Sequence record: MK373792.1
Reading direction: 5' to 3' (one strand)
From: Escherichia phage vB_EcoS_VAH1
Length of the DNA: 64,000 nt
The stretch's first letter is position 1, and every line of letters begins with the position of its first letter. Shown piece by piece: positions 27,930 to 36,871 of this stretch. The notes beneath the pieces are model-generated. The model did not search any database. It was not told the origin of the DNA and saw only the letters and a program-made list of their open reading frames with translations. The position numbers and the translations under genes were made by a program.

Positions 27930-28205
27930 TTAGTCGAACTTAGGAGTGACAGTTAAGGAGAACGGAAGTTCGAAAACTTCTTCGCCCTCATTACTAACGG
28001 TAACTACACGACCTTTAAGTTCAGACATTAAAATATCAATATCAGCTCTTGCATCTGGAGCCATGCCAGCTTCAATACATTTAGCTTTAACTTCCGGTAA
28101 AAGCTCTACGTTATAGAGATAGAGCCACTCAATCTCACCTTCCCAGTCTTCCCAGGATTTGCAGATTGCACTTTCAATACCAGTTGCTACAACACGATTT
28201 TGCAT
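27930..28205 (-). CDS. hypothetical acidic protein
   Basis: 91-aa ORF. Confidence 0.4.
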   Translation of the reverse strand: MQNRVVATGIESAICKSWEDWEGEIEWLYLYNVELLPEVKAKCIEAGMAPDARADIDILMSELKGRVVTVSNEGEEVFELPFSLTVTPKFD

Positions 28206-28295
28206 TAGTTAATTCCTTCATCAATTTATATAACTATTATATCAGAAATTTAAAGTAAAAGGCAAGTACATTTTTAAAAATTCTGTTTGGAGGAG

Positions 28296-28502
28296 CTAAA
28301 CTCCGGATTCTTCGGCCAAGTCTAGACTAATAAGAGTTATAGCCATAATTGCTGCACCGTGTTCTTTTTCTCCGGTGTTTTTAGCCGAGTCTATAATACC
28401 CTTAATCTGTTCGTAATAACTTTTTACTTCTTGTTCAATGCCTGCCTCAGCTATCATGCCTTTAGCCATGAATCGTTGCATGGTAATTTCAGGATTAGCC
28501 AT
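28296..28502 (-). CDS. hypothetical small protein
   Basis: 68-aa ORF. Confidence 0.35.
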   Translation of the reverse strand: MANPEITMQRFMAKGMIAEAGIEQEVKSYYEQIKGIIDSAKNTGEKEHGAAIMAITLISLDLAEESGV

Positions 28503-28691
28503 GTTGTTTCTCCAGTTTCATTTTTAATAGTTTACAGATGAAATCAACGTCTTCATCTGTGCCTAAGTCTCTATCCTCAAGAGTCGCCTTGAAGTTTTTC
28601 GTCAATTCCATGAGGATGACTTCCCTAGAACGACGTGTTGGCGGAGGTGGATGTCTATACATCTTATTTCCTTAATTTGGTAGGGATTATA

Positions 28692-29375
28692 TCATCTACT
28701 TTTCTTAATACTTTTAGGATCTTTCCCTGTTAGGGACTTATACCTTTTCCTTAATCCAGTATCAGATAATCCTAGTTCTTTGGAGGCACGAATCCAGGAA
28801 TATTTAGATACCCAGTACTCTATTTGCTCCACAGTAATATCTGGATTTATAGTTATCTCTTTAGGAGTACATGATTTACAGTGTGTTGCTCTTGAACTAA
28901 TTTCGCAGTGACAAATAGCACACGTATTTACAGCTCTTTCTGTATACCTGCCAATATTTTTGCCTGCATGAGTAGGTGTTAGTGCATGGCAATTTGGACA
29001 TAGGAGGGCTAAGTTATCCCATTCATTATTATAGTGATTTCCATCCTTGTGTTCGAGTTCTAAAGGAATTGGTTTGTCTAACCAACTTTCTAAGCCACAA
29101 CTCTCACACTTATGTGGTTTTAGCCCCTCGTTAAGAATTTTATTCTTTAGTTTATAGGAAGAAATAGGGCTGCCGTTATATAAATACTCTGTTGCAGACT
29201 TATATTTATTATCATACTGCCTATTCGCAGGAATAACTACTATTCCTAGTTTTCCTAAATATGCTTCCAAAGTGTTCGAGGAGCAGGATAGCATTCTTGC
29301 TATCTCTGCTTTAGATTTTCCCTGAGCTATCCACTGAGCTATTTCTTCCTTTCTATCTAGTATATCAGTTCTCAT
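28692..29375 (-). CDS. HNH homing endonuclease with N-terminal HTH and shared C-terminal module
   Basis: HKCESCG...LELEHKDGNHYNNEWDNLALLCPNCH; C-terminus near-identical to 21164..21745. Confidence 0.7.
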   Translation of the reverse strand: MRTDILDRKEEIAQWIAQGKSKAEIARMLSCSSNTLEAYLGKLGIVVIPANRQYDNKYKSATEYLYNGSPISSYKLKNKILNEGLKPHKCESCGLESWLDKPIPLELEHKDGNHYNNEWDNLALLCPNCHALTPTHAGKNIGRYTERAVNTCAICHCEISSRATHCKSCTPKEITINPDITVEQIEYWVSKYSWIRASKELGLSDTGLRKRYKSLTGKDPKSIKKSR

Positions 29376-29398
29376 AGTTTATGACTTTCTAATTAAGC

Positions 29399-29476
29399 TG
29401 GTGGCTCCCCGAGGATTCGAACCTACGTACCTTCCAGTTATGAGCTGGGTGCTCATACCATATGAGCTTGAGAACC
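29399..29476 (-). tRNA. tRNA-Met type (anticodon CAT); third CAT tRNA, could be the Ile2 (lysidine) species
   Basis: D-arm GCTC...GAGC, arm CCCAG-CTCATAA-CTGG, T-arm GTAGG-TTCGAAT-CCTCG. Confidence 0.55.
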
Positions 29477-29482
29477 AGAATT

Positions 29483-29571
29483 TGGCGGAAGAAGTGGGAA
29501 TCGAACCCACAAGGCTATATTTCAAACCGACAGATTAGCAATCTGCTGCAATACCGTTATGCTATTCTTCC
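29483..29571 (-). tRNA. tRNA-Ser (anticodon GCT), type II
   Basis: Perfect acceptor GGAAGAA/TTCTTCC, arm GCAGA-TTGCTAA-TCTGT, long variable arm. Confidence 0.6.
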
Positions 29572-29592
29572 GAATTTATAAGATATATTATA

Positions 29593-30162
29593 TTAGAAAT
29601 TTAGCTTCATGGCAAGAAAATTTTTCAAGTTTTCGGTAGACATCTCATCCACATCTATAGGAGAAACAAACCCATTTAATTGTCTAGCAAACTTTTCACC
29701 AGCAGGATCATTATCCCCAACAGCTACCAATTTAAAAGGTAGTAATTTCAATTGCTTTAACAATGCTTTTCCGGGGGAAGAACCCAACATTGCCAGGGCT
29801 GGATAACCAGCGTTATGTAACGCAACTGCCTTAAATACAGATTCAGCAATCAATACTACTTTTTCATCTCCATTGAGAGTTTCTAGTCCCCATACACACT
29901 GTGTAGTAGAATAAGTAAAATATCTAGCTTCAAGGGGGCACTTACCATGACCTTTTGGAGCAGAAGGATTATAAGTCTGATAGCCTCTCAACATCCCAGA
30001 GAAGTCATACAATGGGACTGTTAGCCATCCTTCCGGGCTTAACCAGCAATGATATTTATCTGTATCAAACCCTCTAGATAAGAGATGTTCTGTTAGTTCA
30101 TCAACAGTCATACTAGATTCCTCTCTCAAATTTATAAATATATTATACAGAGAATTTAGCAT
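29593..30162 (-). CDS. stand-alone Toprim-domain protein
   Basis: VVLIAESVFKAVALHNAGYPALAMLGS...KLVAVGDNDPAGEKFA matches DnaG-type Toprim; no zinc finger or helicase part. Confidence 0.5.
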   Translation of the reverse strand: MLNSLYNIFINLREESSMTVDELTEHLLSRGFDTDKYHCWLSPEGWLTVPLYDFSGMLRGYQTYNPSAPKGHGKCPLEARYFTYSTTQCVWGLETLNGDEKVVLIAESVFKAVALHNAGYPALAMLGSSPGKALLKQLKLLPFKLVAVGDNDPAGEKFARQLNGFVSPIDVDEMSTENLKNFLAMKLNF

Positions 30163-30280
30163 TCAAGCAATTGAATTTTTTAACTTTTTAGAGGAAAATC
30201 ACAGGATGCTTAAGGGTAGCAGGTAAGTGGTCAGGACCGAAATTTGTGACCCCACTAAAAATCTGGGGGCAATTTTTAAA

Positions 30281-30320
30281 GACCCCTTGACATTTTCGCT
30301 GGGGTAGTGTAAAGTATATG
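30281..30320 (+). promoter_or_regulatory. sigma70-like promoter for the plus-strand island
   Basis: TTGACA at ~30281, ~17-18 nt spacer, TGn + TAAAGT; AGGAGG RBS before ATG at 30368. Confidence 0.5.
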
Positions 30321-30367
30321 TTATGGATGAGTGATCAAAGAGACACACATTTTCTATATACTAGGAG

Positions 30368-31360
30368 GTGTCAAAAATGACAGAAGAAGTAGCTAAGAGT
30401 CCTGAGACCGTCGCTAGCGTTGCAGCAGAACTGCACCGTCACGAGGAATCAGATAAGAAAAAGTGGGAGAAGGTCAGAGCCTACGAAGAAAAACATCGTG
30501 AACACGATGATGAAGAAGATGACGATGAGCATTGTCATAAATATGGAAAACATAAAATGCAAGAACCAGTAAACGTATTTACTAGTGGCTTCCCTGGCCT
30601 ACTTGGTGGTTACCCAGCAAACGCAAGTGCTTTCGGTGGCGAAGGTATGGGACTATTCGGAGCTATCCTAATCGGTGCTCTATTAACAGGCGGGTTCGGT
30701 GGTTTCGGTGGATTCGGTGGACGTGGTGTAGTTGGTGATGGTACCGCAGTTGATGCAGTACTTCAGAACCAAGATACCGCTAGTATTCTAGCAGCTATTA
30801 ACACTACTCGTACAGAAGCTAACCAGGGTACTGGAGCTGTTTTAAGCGCAGTTAACAATGGTTTTAGCCAGACATCCCAAAACCAGAGCCGTGATACTCA
30901 GTCTGTACTAACTACGATCTATGGTACAGGTGCTAATCTGTCTAATCAGATCTGCCAGGAAACTCGCAACGTTATTCAGGGTCAGTTCGATCTTTCTCGC
31001 CAGATTGATCAATCTTTCGCAGCTAACCAGATAGCTCGTGCACAAGATAAGTTTGATTCTGCACAGATCGCTTTCCAGCAGACTTTACAAACTAATAACC
31101 AGTTTGCCGCTGTTCAGGCTCAGATGTGTGCTAACCAGAACTCTCTGGAACGTCAGATCGCTGAATGTTGCTGTGAACTTCAGACTGCGATCGCTGGTGT
31201 AACTACTGCGCGTATTCAGGATGAGTTAGATGCATGTCGCCTACGTGAAGCAATCGCTGCGGGTAACGGTGCTAACGGTCAGGTAATTAATCAAATCGCT
31301 GTAAGTCTTGGTGCTATCACTCAGACTCTGGCTGGTCTGCAGGCTAAACTGCCGGCTTAA
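30368..31360 (+). CDS. acidic/His-rich N-domain + glycine-zipper TM segment + Gln/Asn/Ala-rich helical C-domain protein; function unknown
   Basis: DDEEDDDEH; GLFGAILIGALLTGGFGGFGGFGG; Q/N/T-rich tail with CCC cluster; codon usage unlike neighbours. Confidence 0.55.
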   Translation: MSKMTEEVAKSPETVASVAAELHRHEESDKKKWEKVRAYEEKHREHDDEEDDDEHCHKYGKHKMQEPVNVFTSGFPGLLGGYPANASAFGGEGMGLFGAILIGALLTGGFGGFGGFGGRGVVGDGTAVDAVLQNQDTASILAAINTTRTEANQGTGAVLSAVNNGFSQTSQNQSRDTQSVLTTIYGTGANLSNQICQETRNVIQGQFDLSRQIDQSFAANQIARAQDKFDSAQIAFQQTLQTNNQFAAVQAQMCANQNSLERQIAECCCELQTAIAGVTTARIQDELDACRLREAIAAGNGANGQVINQIAVSLGAITQTLAGLQAKLPA

Positions 31361-31381
31361 TATTAAGGGGAGGAGCCCATT

Positions 31382-31798
31382 ATGAGTAAATATGGTTTTG
31401 TAAATAACGGACTTAATCAAAGTATGGGCTCCCAGCAGCCCATTCCGGGTCTGGATAACCCCTACTTACAACAATTGCAACAGCGTTTAGCAGAAGCGCA
31501 ACAGATGCAGCAACAACTCCAGCAAAACCCTGGAAGTGTGAGTCCTATGCAAATGATGCAGCAAATGAGCGGGCAGTCGCAAATGCCTCAACAAATGCAG
31601 CAACAGGTGCCGCAGCAGCAAGCTCAGCAGCAAACCCAACAACCGCAGGTTTCTGCGGAAGGACAGGCAGTACTAGCCCTTTTCGAAGACTTCGCAAAGA
31701 CAGAGGATGGTAAGCAGCTTGTATCACTTATGGGTAAGTTTAATAGCTTCTGCCAAAGCCAGGTTGCAAAAGCTCAAAATAGTGGTAATAACTCCTAA
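31382..31798 (+). CDS. Gln/Met-rich low-complexity (prion-like) protein
   Basis: QQLQQRLAEAQQMQQQLQQNP...MQMMQQMSGQSQMPQQMQQQVPQQQAQQQTQQ; GGAGG RBS. Confidence 0.5.
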   Translation: MSKYGFVNNGLNQSMGSQQPIPGLDNPYLQQLQQRLAEAQQMQQQLQQNPGSVSPMQMMQQMSGQSQMPQQMQQQVPQQQAQQQTQQPQVSAEGQAVLALFEDFAKTEDGKQLVSLMGKFNSFCQSQVAKAQNSGNNS

Positions 31799-31807
31799 GG
31801 AGGAATT

Positions 31808-32002
31808 ATGTGTTGCAGAAAATCTGTTTCGTGCTGCCCAATGCCTGTAGCACGTTGTTGCTCTCCAGCAATGTTTACGCAAATACCGGCGTTCAATCCG
31901 TTTGCCTTTAAGCCTACTCTTATCCTGCCCCCTAGAGTAGATTTTCAGTCAAGATTGGCCTCCCGTATGGGTGGTTGCTGTAATAAGAGTATATGGTTCT
32001 GA
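31808..32002 (+). CDS. small Cys-rich protein (CC pairs)
   Basis: MCCRKSVSCCPMPVARCCSP...GGCCNK; AGGAGG RBS. Confidence 0.35.
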   Translation: MCCRKSVSCCPMPVARCCSPAMFTQIPAFNPFAFKPTLILPPRVDFQSRLASRMGGCCNKSIWF

Positions 32003-32018
32003 AGAACCAAACAATAAA

Positions 32019-32053
32019 GCCCCTAAGTCTTTCGACTAGGGGCTTTTCTTTTA
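32019..32053 (+). terminator. rho-independent terminator closing the plus-strand island
   Basis: GCCCCTAAGTC...GACTAGGGGC hairpin followed by TTTTCTTTT. Confidence 0.6.
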
Positions 32054-32060
32054 TCTTAAA

Positions 32061-32097
32061 TACAGAAAAGCCCTGCGCTCTCCAGGAAACGCAGGGC
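32061..32097 (-). terminator. rho-independent terminator for the SPFH gene (convergent)
   Basis: GCCCTGCG...CGCAGGGC 8-bp stem with T-run on the minus strand. Confidence 0.6.
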
Positions 32098-32122
32098 TTA
32101 TTTCAGATGTTACATGCGGGTA

Positions 32123-33070
32123 TTATTTATTACGCATATCCATAATCATTTGGCCATCATAGCCAGTGCCAACCACAGTCTGCGGTACACCACCTTGGTA
32201 TTTCTGAGCACGAATCATTTCAACTTCCAGTTGCTTCCAGCGAATCATCTCAGGAGTAATGGTACGTTGCAACGCGGCGTTAGCTTCAGCTTCTTTCTTA
32301 GCTGCGTACAGTTTGGCATCTGCGTCACGCTCATTGGCAATAGCTTGGTTATTACGAGCTTCGCGATCTGCTTCTGCTTGTTTAACCTTCTGCTGTGCTT
32401 CTTGTTCAACACGAGCCAGTTCAGCTTTCGCAGCATTAACTTGCTCTTCACGAACTTTGGTATTCTGTACCTGTTCCATGATTACCGGTGGCAAAGTAAT
32501 ATCCTGAAGGAATACCTGCTTAACTGTATAACCATATGGGCGTGCATACTCTTCAACTTCCTGTTGAATTGCAGTTTGCAATTGAGCCTGAATTTTAGCA
32601 TCAAACAAATCTTGTGCTTTAGGTACAGACTTACCAAACTCACGAATAGTAGACAGTAATTTTTCAGTTACATATTTATCTAGTGCTTGATCCTGGGTGC
32701 CTGCGTTAATACGGTTAATCGGTGCCTTAGAACCATCAAATTGTAACATAACAGTCAGGTCAACAGTGGATTTAAACTTATCTTGGCTAGGAACCTGAAG
32801 TTTATCTAATTTTACAGCAATATCTTTTGTACTAAAAGTATCGAAAGATGCAAATGGGTTTACAAGATGGAAACCAGGTAATACTGGGTTAGGATCTACT
32901 TTACCTAGAAATGTTTGGGTTTTAACCGTACCATCAGAAACAATAGTATATGAATTAAAAGCTAGGATTAAACCTGCTAAACCAACTACAGCACCAATAC
33001 CCCAACGTTTAATAGTGCGAATTACTTTTTGCTCAGAAGTCAGTTCTTTCATATTTTTAGTATTAAACAT
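32123..33070 (-). CDS. SPFH/Band-7 (prohibitin/stomatin/HflKC-like) membrane protein
   Basis: N-terminal TM (WGIGAVVGLAGLILAF), SPFH-like core, long Ala/Glu/Gln coiled-coil tail. Confidence 0.7.
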   Translation of the reverse strand: MFNTKNMKELTSEQKVIRTIKRWGIGAVVGLAGLILAFNSYTIVSDGTVKTQTFLGKVDPNPVLPGFHLVNPFASFDTFSTKDIAVKLDKLQVPSQDKFKSTVDLTVMLQFDGSKAPINRINAGTQDQALDKYVTEKLLSTIREFGKSVPKAQDLFDAKIQAQLQTAIQQEVEEYARPYGYTVKQVFLQDITLPPVIMEQVQNTKVREEQVNAAKAELARVEQEAQQKVKQAEADREARNNQAIANERDADAKLYAAKKEAEANAALQRTITPEMIRWKQLEVEMIRAQKYQGGVPQTVVGTGYDGQMIMDMRNK

Positions 33071-33104
33071 ATATTTCCTTTGTTTTAGTTACAGTTAATA
33101 AAAT

Positions 33105-33179
33105 TGGCCGAGGTGACAGGATTCGAACCTGCATAAAGGAATTTAGAAGACTCCTGCCTCTCCCTTAGACTACACCCCG
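33105..33179 (-). tRNA. tRNA-Arg (anticodon TCT)
   Basis: Acceptor CGGGGTG/CACCTCG, arm GGAGT-CTTCTAA-ATTCC, T-arm GCAGG-TTCGAAT-CCTGT. Confidence 0.55.
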
Positions 33180-33669
33180 TTTAAGTATTTTTAAGAACTC
33201 TCGTAAAAACTCTTAAAAATACAGACGATACCGGGAGAGTCATAAGTCTCACTCATTAAGTATTTCAAGACAAAATACAGTAACGTCTATTATTTTCCAG
33301 TTTAAGTCAGGGTGACTTAGTGGTTATGTCCTGCGGTATATTGAGGACTCGGTTAGGCTTTGGGGTCATGACTTCCCGCCTTTTGCTGCTACTCAACAGG
33401 AGTTATCGCGAATTACCTGTGCTATTGTGCACCATTAGTGACATCTCTCATGTCAGCATTTCCCACTTTGTGGATAGCTTGAAAAACTACTCCGATATGG
33501 AGAAAGAACTTCACTATCCTAGAATACCTTCTAAAGTTCTTCTTTAGCCTGGACATAGTTAAATCGTAATAAAACTATTCAGCAGACTGGTTGGTTAGTC
33601 TGGAACCAACTACCGCGTGGTTTAGGCAGTGCGCAACTAACCTCGGAAGCTTTTACGTTAAAAGCATCA

Positions 33670-33745
33670 GTTATCCAGTTCTTACCGACCGTAGGATTCG
33701 AACCTACATCTTCCACCAGTTACGGCTTGATAATACCAATTATAC
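33670..33745 (-). tRNA. tRNA-like element, identity unresolved
   Basis: T-arm GTAGG-TTCGAAT-CCTAC; acceptor GCCGTCC/GGTCGGT with one mismatch; no clean anticodon arm; no CCA. Confidence 0.3.
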
Positions 33746-34029
33746 TAGGACGGCAGTGTTACTACATAAGTGATTTCCACACCCCACTATCAGTAAATTA
33801 GAGAAGAGTTTAGGGGAGAGGTTTCAGACGCCTCATTTTACACGTTCTAGCCACTAACCGGGATTGCCGCCCCCTGTGTACTAGTTTTACAACTAACCCA
33901 CCGACTCTATTCAACGAATCTTAGTGCTCGACGCATCTTACATTAAGACAAGTTCAGCGTAATCGGCTCGCTGTTCCCTAATTTATGAATATATTATACA
34001 GAATTTAAAGGCATTTAGCAAATAAATTT

Positions 34030-34473
34030 TTAATTAAATTCGCCAGCAATCTGAGCAGCAGTACCACCATCATAACGCCCAGGAAATTCTTCCTTAATCG
34101 CTTTCATCAGCATACCTTTTGTAATTCCAGGGTTTAGCTTAACTAATTCTGCAAAGTATTTACGAATCTCAGTATCAGATAACTGAGGAGGCAGATACTC
34201 CTGCAACCACTTATTTAGAATGTATTCATACTGAGCGGACTGCAAGCTATAACTATCAAGATCTTGACCATGAAGTTTAGCTTTCATCTGGTTAATGCTT
34301 TTTAGTTGAGCTTTGAGATAAGACACAAATTGTTCAGAAGTGATGAAATCTTTATCAATACGCTGAAGATCCCCGATTATGGTCTGATAGCTTTTAGCGA
34401 CTTCTTTATCAGAACCATTAAACTTAGAATCCTGCAAAGCTCTACGCAAAACATCTAAAATATTCTCTTCCAT
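34030..34473 (-). CDS. GatB/YqeY-domain protein
   Basis: LRRALQDSKFNG...ILNKWLQEYLPPQLSDTEIRKYFAELV...GITKGMLMKAIKEEFPGRYDG follows YqeY pattern. Confidence 0.55.
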   Translation of the reverse strand: MEENILDVLRRALQDSKFNGSDKEVAKSYQTIIGDLQRIDKDFITSEQFVSYLKAQLKSINQMKAKLHGQDLDSYSLQSAQYEYILNKWLQEYLPPQLSDTEIRKYFAELVKLNPGITKGMLMKAIKEEFPGRYDGGTAAQIAGEFN

Positions 34474-34711
34474 TATTTCATTCCTAACGCTTGGTTAAAA
34501 GATTGTTCCGTCATAACTGCTGAGACTTTGGCGAAATCAAACTTTTTAGGGTTCGTAGTGATCTCAGCAACGTTAGAAGTTTTAACAGTTTTCGTAGTAC
34601 GAATACCGCGAGTGTTAACACCAATAATTACAACTGATTTCATATTTCGCTTCCTCTCATTAATTTATGGAAGTATTATACGGAAATTTAAGTATTTAAG
34701 CAAGTAAATTT

Positions 34712-35179
34712 TTAAGTTTTAGTGACAACAGGTTTATAAAACGTATGTCCCTTAATCTTAGTTGTTTTCTTAAACTTCTTTGTCCAGTAAGGTTTATCTT
34801 TACCACTATGGAAGTATAGTGCTCCATATGTAGGATCTTGTGGTAAATCAACGTAGTATATCACTCTAGCTAAATTCTTAGCGGTTTGCCAAGCCTCATC
34901 AGTTTTATCAACTTTTGGTCTCTTAGATACCCAAGAGAACTGGTTAGACTGATATACTACTTTACAGTAGGAATCTGGGAATTTACCGGAGTTTACACGG
35001 TTTTTAGTAACGTGTGCAATCGCCGTCATTCCCTTTATGCCCTCACCACGACTTTCGAAATAGATATTTTTAGCAATGCAATCTATTTCTTTTGCATCGT
35101 GCGATGCCTGACTACTAAAGCTGAAGGTAAGGGCAGCTACTAAAAGCAAAGCTGCCTTCATTCTTTTTACTCCTGCCAA
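34712..35179 (-). CDS. secreted cell-wall hydrolase (SleB/Hydrolase_2-like)
   Basis: Signal peptide; IAKNIYFESRGEG...AIAHVTKNRVNSGKFPDSYCKVVYQSNQFSW. Confidence 0.6.
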   Translation of the reverse strand: MAGVKRMKAALLLVAALTFSFSSQASHDAKEIDCIAKNIYFESRGEGIKGMTAIAHVTKNRVNSGKFPDSYCKVVYQSNQFSWVSKRPKVDKTDEAWQTAKNLARVIYYVDLPQDPTYGALYFHSGKDKPYWTKKFKKTTKIKGHTFYKPVVTKT

Positions 35180-35484
35180 TCATATTCAACACGATTGGGA
35201 TTTTCTTTATACCCTAAGTCAAGCAAATCATTACGCATATTTTGCTTAGCTACTGGGTTCGAGGTTACTAGTACCACTTTCTTTGGTCTCTGCCCAAATT
35301 CTAAGAGTAAGCGAAGAATTTGATAACCTTCCATACCATCTACAGCCAAGTCATTATCCATATAAACGAAATGGCCTGTGGTATCAGTTTTATTCAGAAA
35401 CTCTACAGCGGCTTCTGGGGTTCGAATGATAATGTCCATTCCGTGAAGATTACGCACATCATCAATCAAAATATGAAAAGTCAT
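35167..35484 (-). CDS. hypothetical protein with receiver (CheY-like) fold features
   Basis: ILIDDV, YMDNDL...GMEGYQILRLL, VVLVTS pattern; weak. Confidence 0.3.
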   Translation of the reverse strand: MTFHILIDDVRNLHGMDIIIRTPEAAVEFLNKTDTTGHFVYMDNDLAVDGMEGYQILRLLLEFGQRPKKVVLVTSNPVAKQNMRNDLLDLGYKENPNRVEYDWQE

Positions 35485-35926
35485 AATAGCCTCGTTTCAT
35501 CAATTTAAAAATATATTATACAGATAACTTAGTAAATTAGCAAATACATTTTTAAATTGTGAAACTAGTAAACCGATAAACAGCCTAGAGGCGCCACAGG
35601 CCATATCTTACGAGCCATGTACCTTTGATCTAGGGTTTGAATCATCAACGAATACTTTGCATCTTTTAGCTTTAGAAGTTTAGAAGTTTGAGTTCTTTAA
35701 ACTTTTCAGCTTTCATACTTAAATGTTGATCTTTGAAGTTGTGTCGGTAATATCAACGACGCTTTGTTTTTACGTGTCAGATTAAGTGTCTGATGTAATA
35801 AACATAATCTCCAATAGATTATACTTTATAGTATGGTCAGCGGTCTTATTTAACCTCGTATTTCAACCGCTGCTGCGAGGTAAGATGCTTGGGCTTTCGT
35901 CTACCGATTTACTAGCTTTTAAATTA

Positions 35927-36565
35927 TTACTCTACTTCAATGAAGGTAGAGGCGTTAGACTCGGACAGAACAAAGTCAACATTTGTTGCAAAGTCCTGGT
36001 ATTCCTCGTCATGCTGCTTAATCAGCTTTTCCAGTTCCAGCGGATCAATCAAGAATGGAGTATTCTTGAGTTCCAGCAGGTTGAGCTGCATTTTAACTTC
36101 ATCTTCGGAAGTTTTCTTATCGCGGGTAGCCATGCTATCCTGCAAACGCTCATATTTAGCATCAAACTGTGCTTTCTGCGTATTAAACTTAACCGTAGCG
36201 GCATGGAACTGCTTACGCATGTTAGCCAGCAGTTGGGCTTTAAGTTCCATAGAACGCTTAGCTTCAATTGCTTCCGCAACAGTCATCTTACGAGAGCCAA
36301 TCTCAACGATTGTTTCAGCATTGCTTTTAATCAGAGCAGCTTTGATACGATCACGCTGGGACATCATATCCAGGAGAGATTGGAAATCTGCCTTAATACG
36401 AGCGGACAGATCGTCTACTTCGATTGCAGCGCCAACTACAACCTTATTTTTATCCTTACCTTCACCAACAGCGATCAGAAGCTGTTGTTCAGTAGCTTTA
36501 CGGATTTTAGCTTCCAGAGATTTGATAGTTGCCAGAGCGCGAGTTTTAGAAATACGAGTAGTCAT
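35927..36565 (-). CDS. hypothetical Lys/Glu-rich helical protein
   Basis: 212-aa ORF; antisense plus-strand ORFs here are low-complexity. Confidence 0.45.
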   Translation of the reverse strand: MTTRISKTRALATIKSLEAKIRKATEQQLLIAVGEGKDKNKVVVGAAIEVDDLSARIKADFQSLLDMMSQRDRIKAALIKSNAETIVEIGSRKMTVAEAIEAKRSMELKAQLLANMRKQFHAATVKFNTQKAQFDAKYERLQDSMATRDKKTSEDEVKMQLNLLELKNTPFLIDPLELEKLIKQHDEEYQDFATNVDFVLSESNASTFIEVE

Positions 36566-36618
36566 TATTTGCTTCCTTATATGAAGTTTGAGATTTGAAT
36601 TTGTTTAAACTTGGTTTA

Positions 36619-36801
36619 TTACAGACCAATTGCCAGCAGAGTGCGCAGAACAGTATCGTTACTGTTATCAATTTTAGGATTAGCACGATTTAGCAGATCA
36701 AAGATTTTCTGGACACCTGATTGACGTTCAGCCATACGACGGATACCCAGATTACGAGTAGCTTTCTTACCATTTTTACGAACATTTTTAGATACTGGCA
36801 T
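36619..36801 (-). CDS. small basic protein
   Basis: 60-aa ORF. Confidence 0.3.
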   Translation of the reverse strand: MPVSKNVRKNGKKATRNLGIRRMAERQSGVQKIFDLLNRANPKIDNSNDTVLRTLLAIGL

Positions 36802-36871
36802 ATTTGTTTTCCTTTTATTGTTTTCTCAAATTTATGAATATATTATACAGAATTTTGGGGCCGGAAGCAAA

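Noticed and set aside
32114-32659. Plus-strand ORFs 32114..32659 and 32259..32507 and minus ORF 32245..32451
   Set aside because: Antisense or out-of-frame shadows of the SPFH gene; composition is junk-like.
35786-36598. Plus-strand ORFs 35786..36598, 35940..36584 and minus ORF 36049..36279
   Set aside because: Low-complexity L/S/F-rich translations antisense to a well-composed minus-strand gene (35927..36565) that fits the local operon direction.
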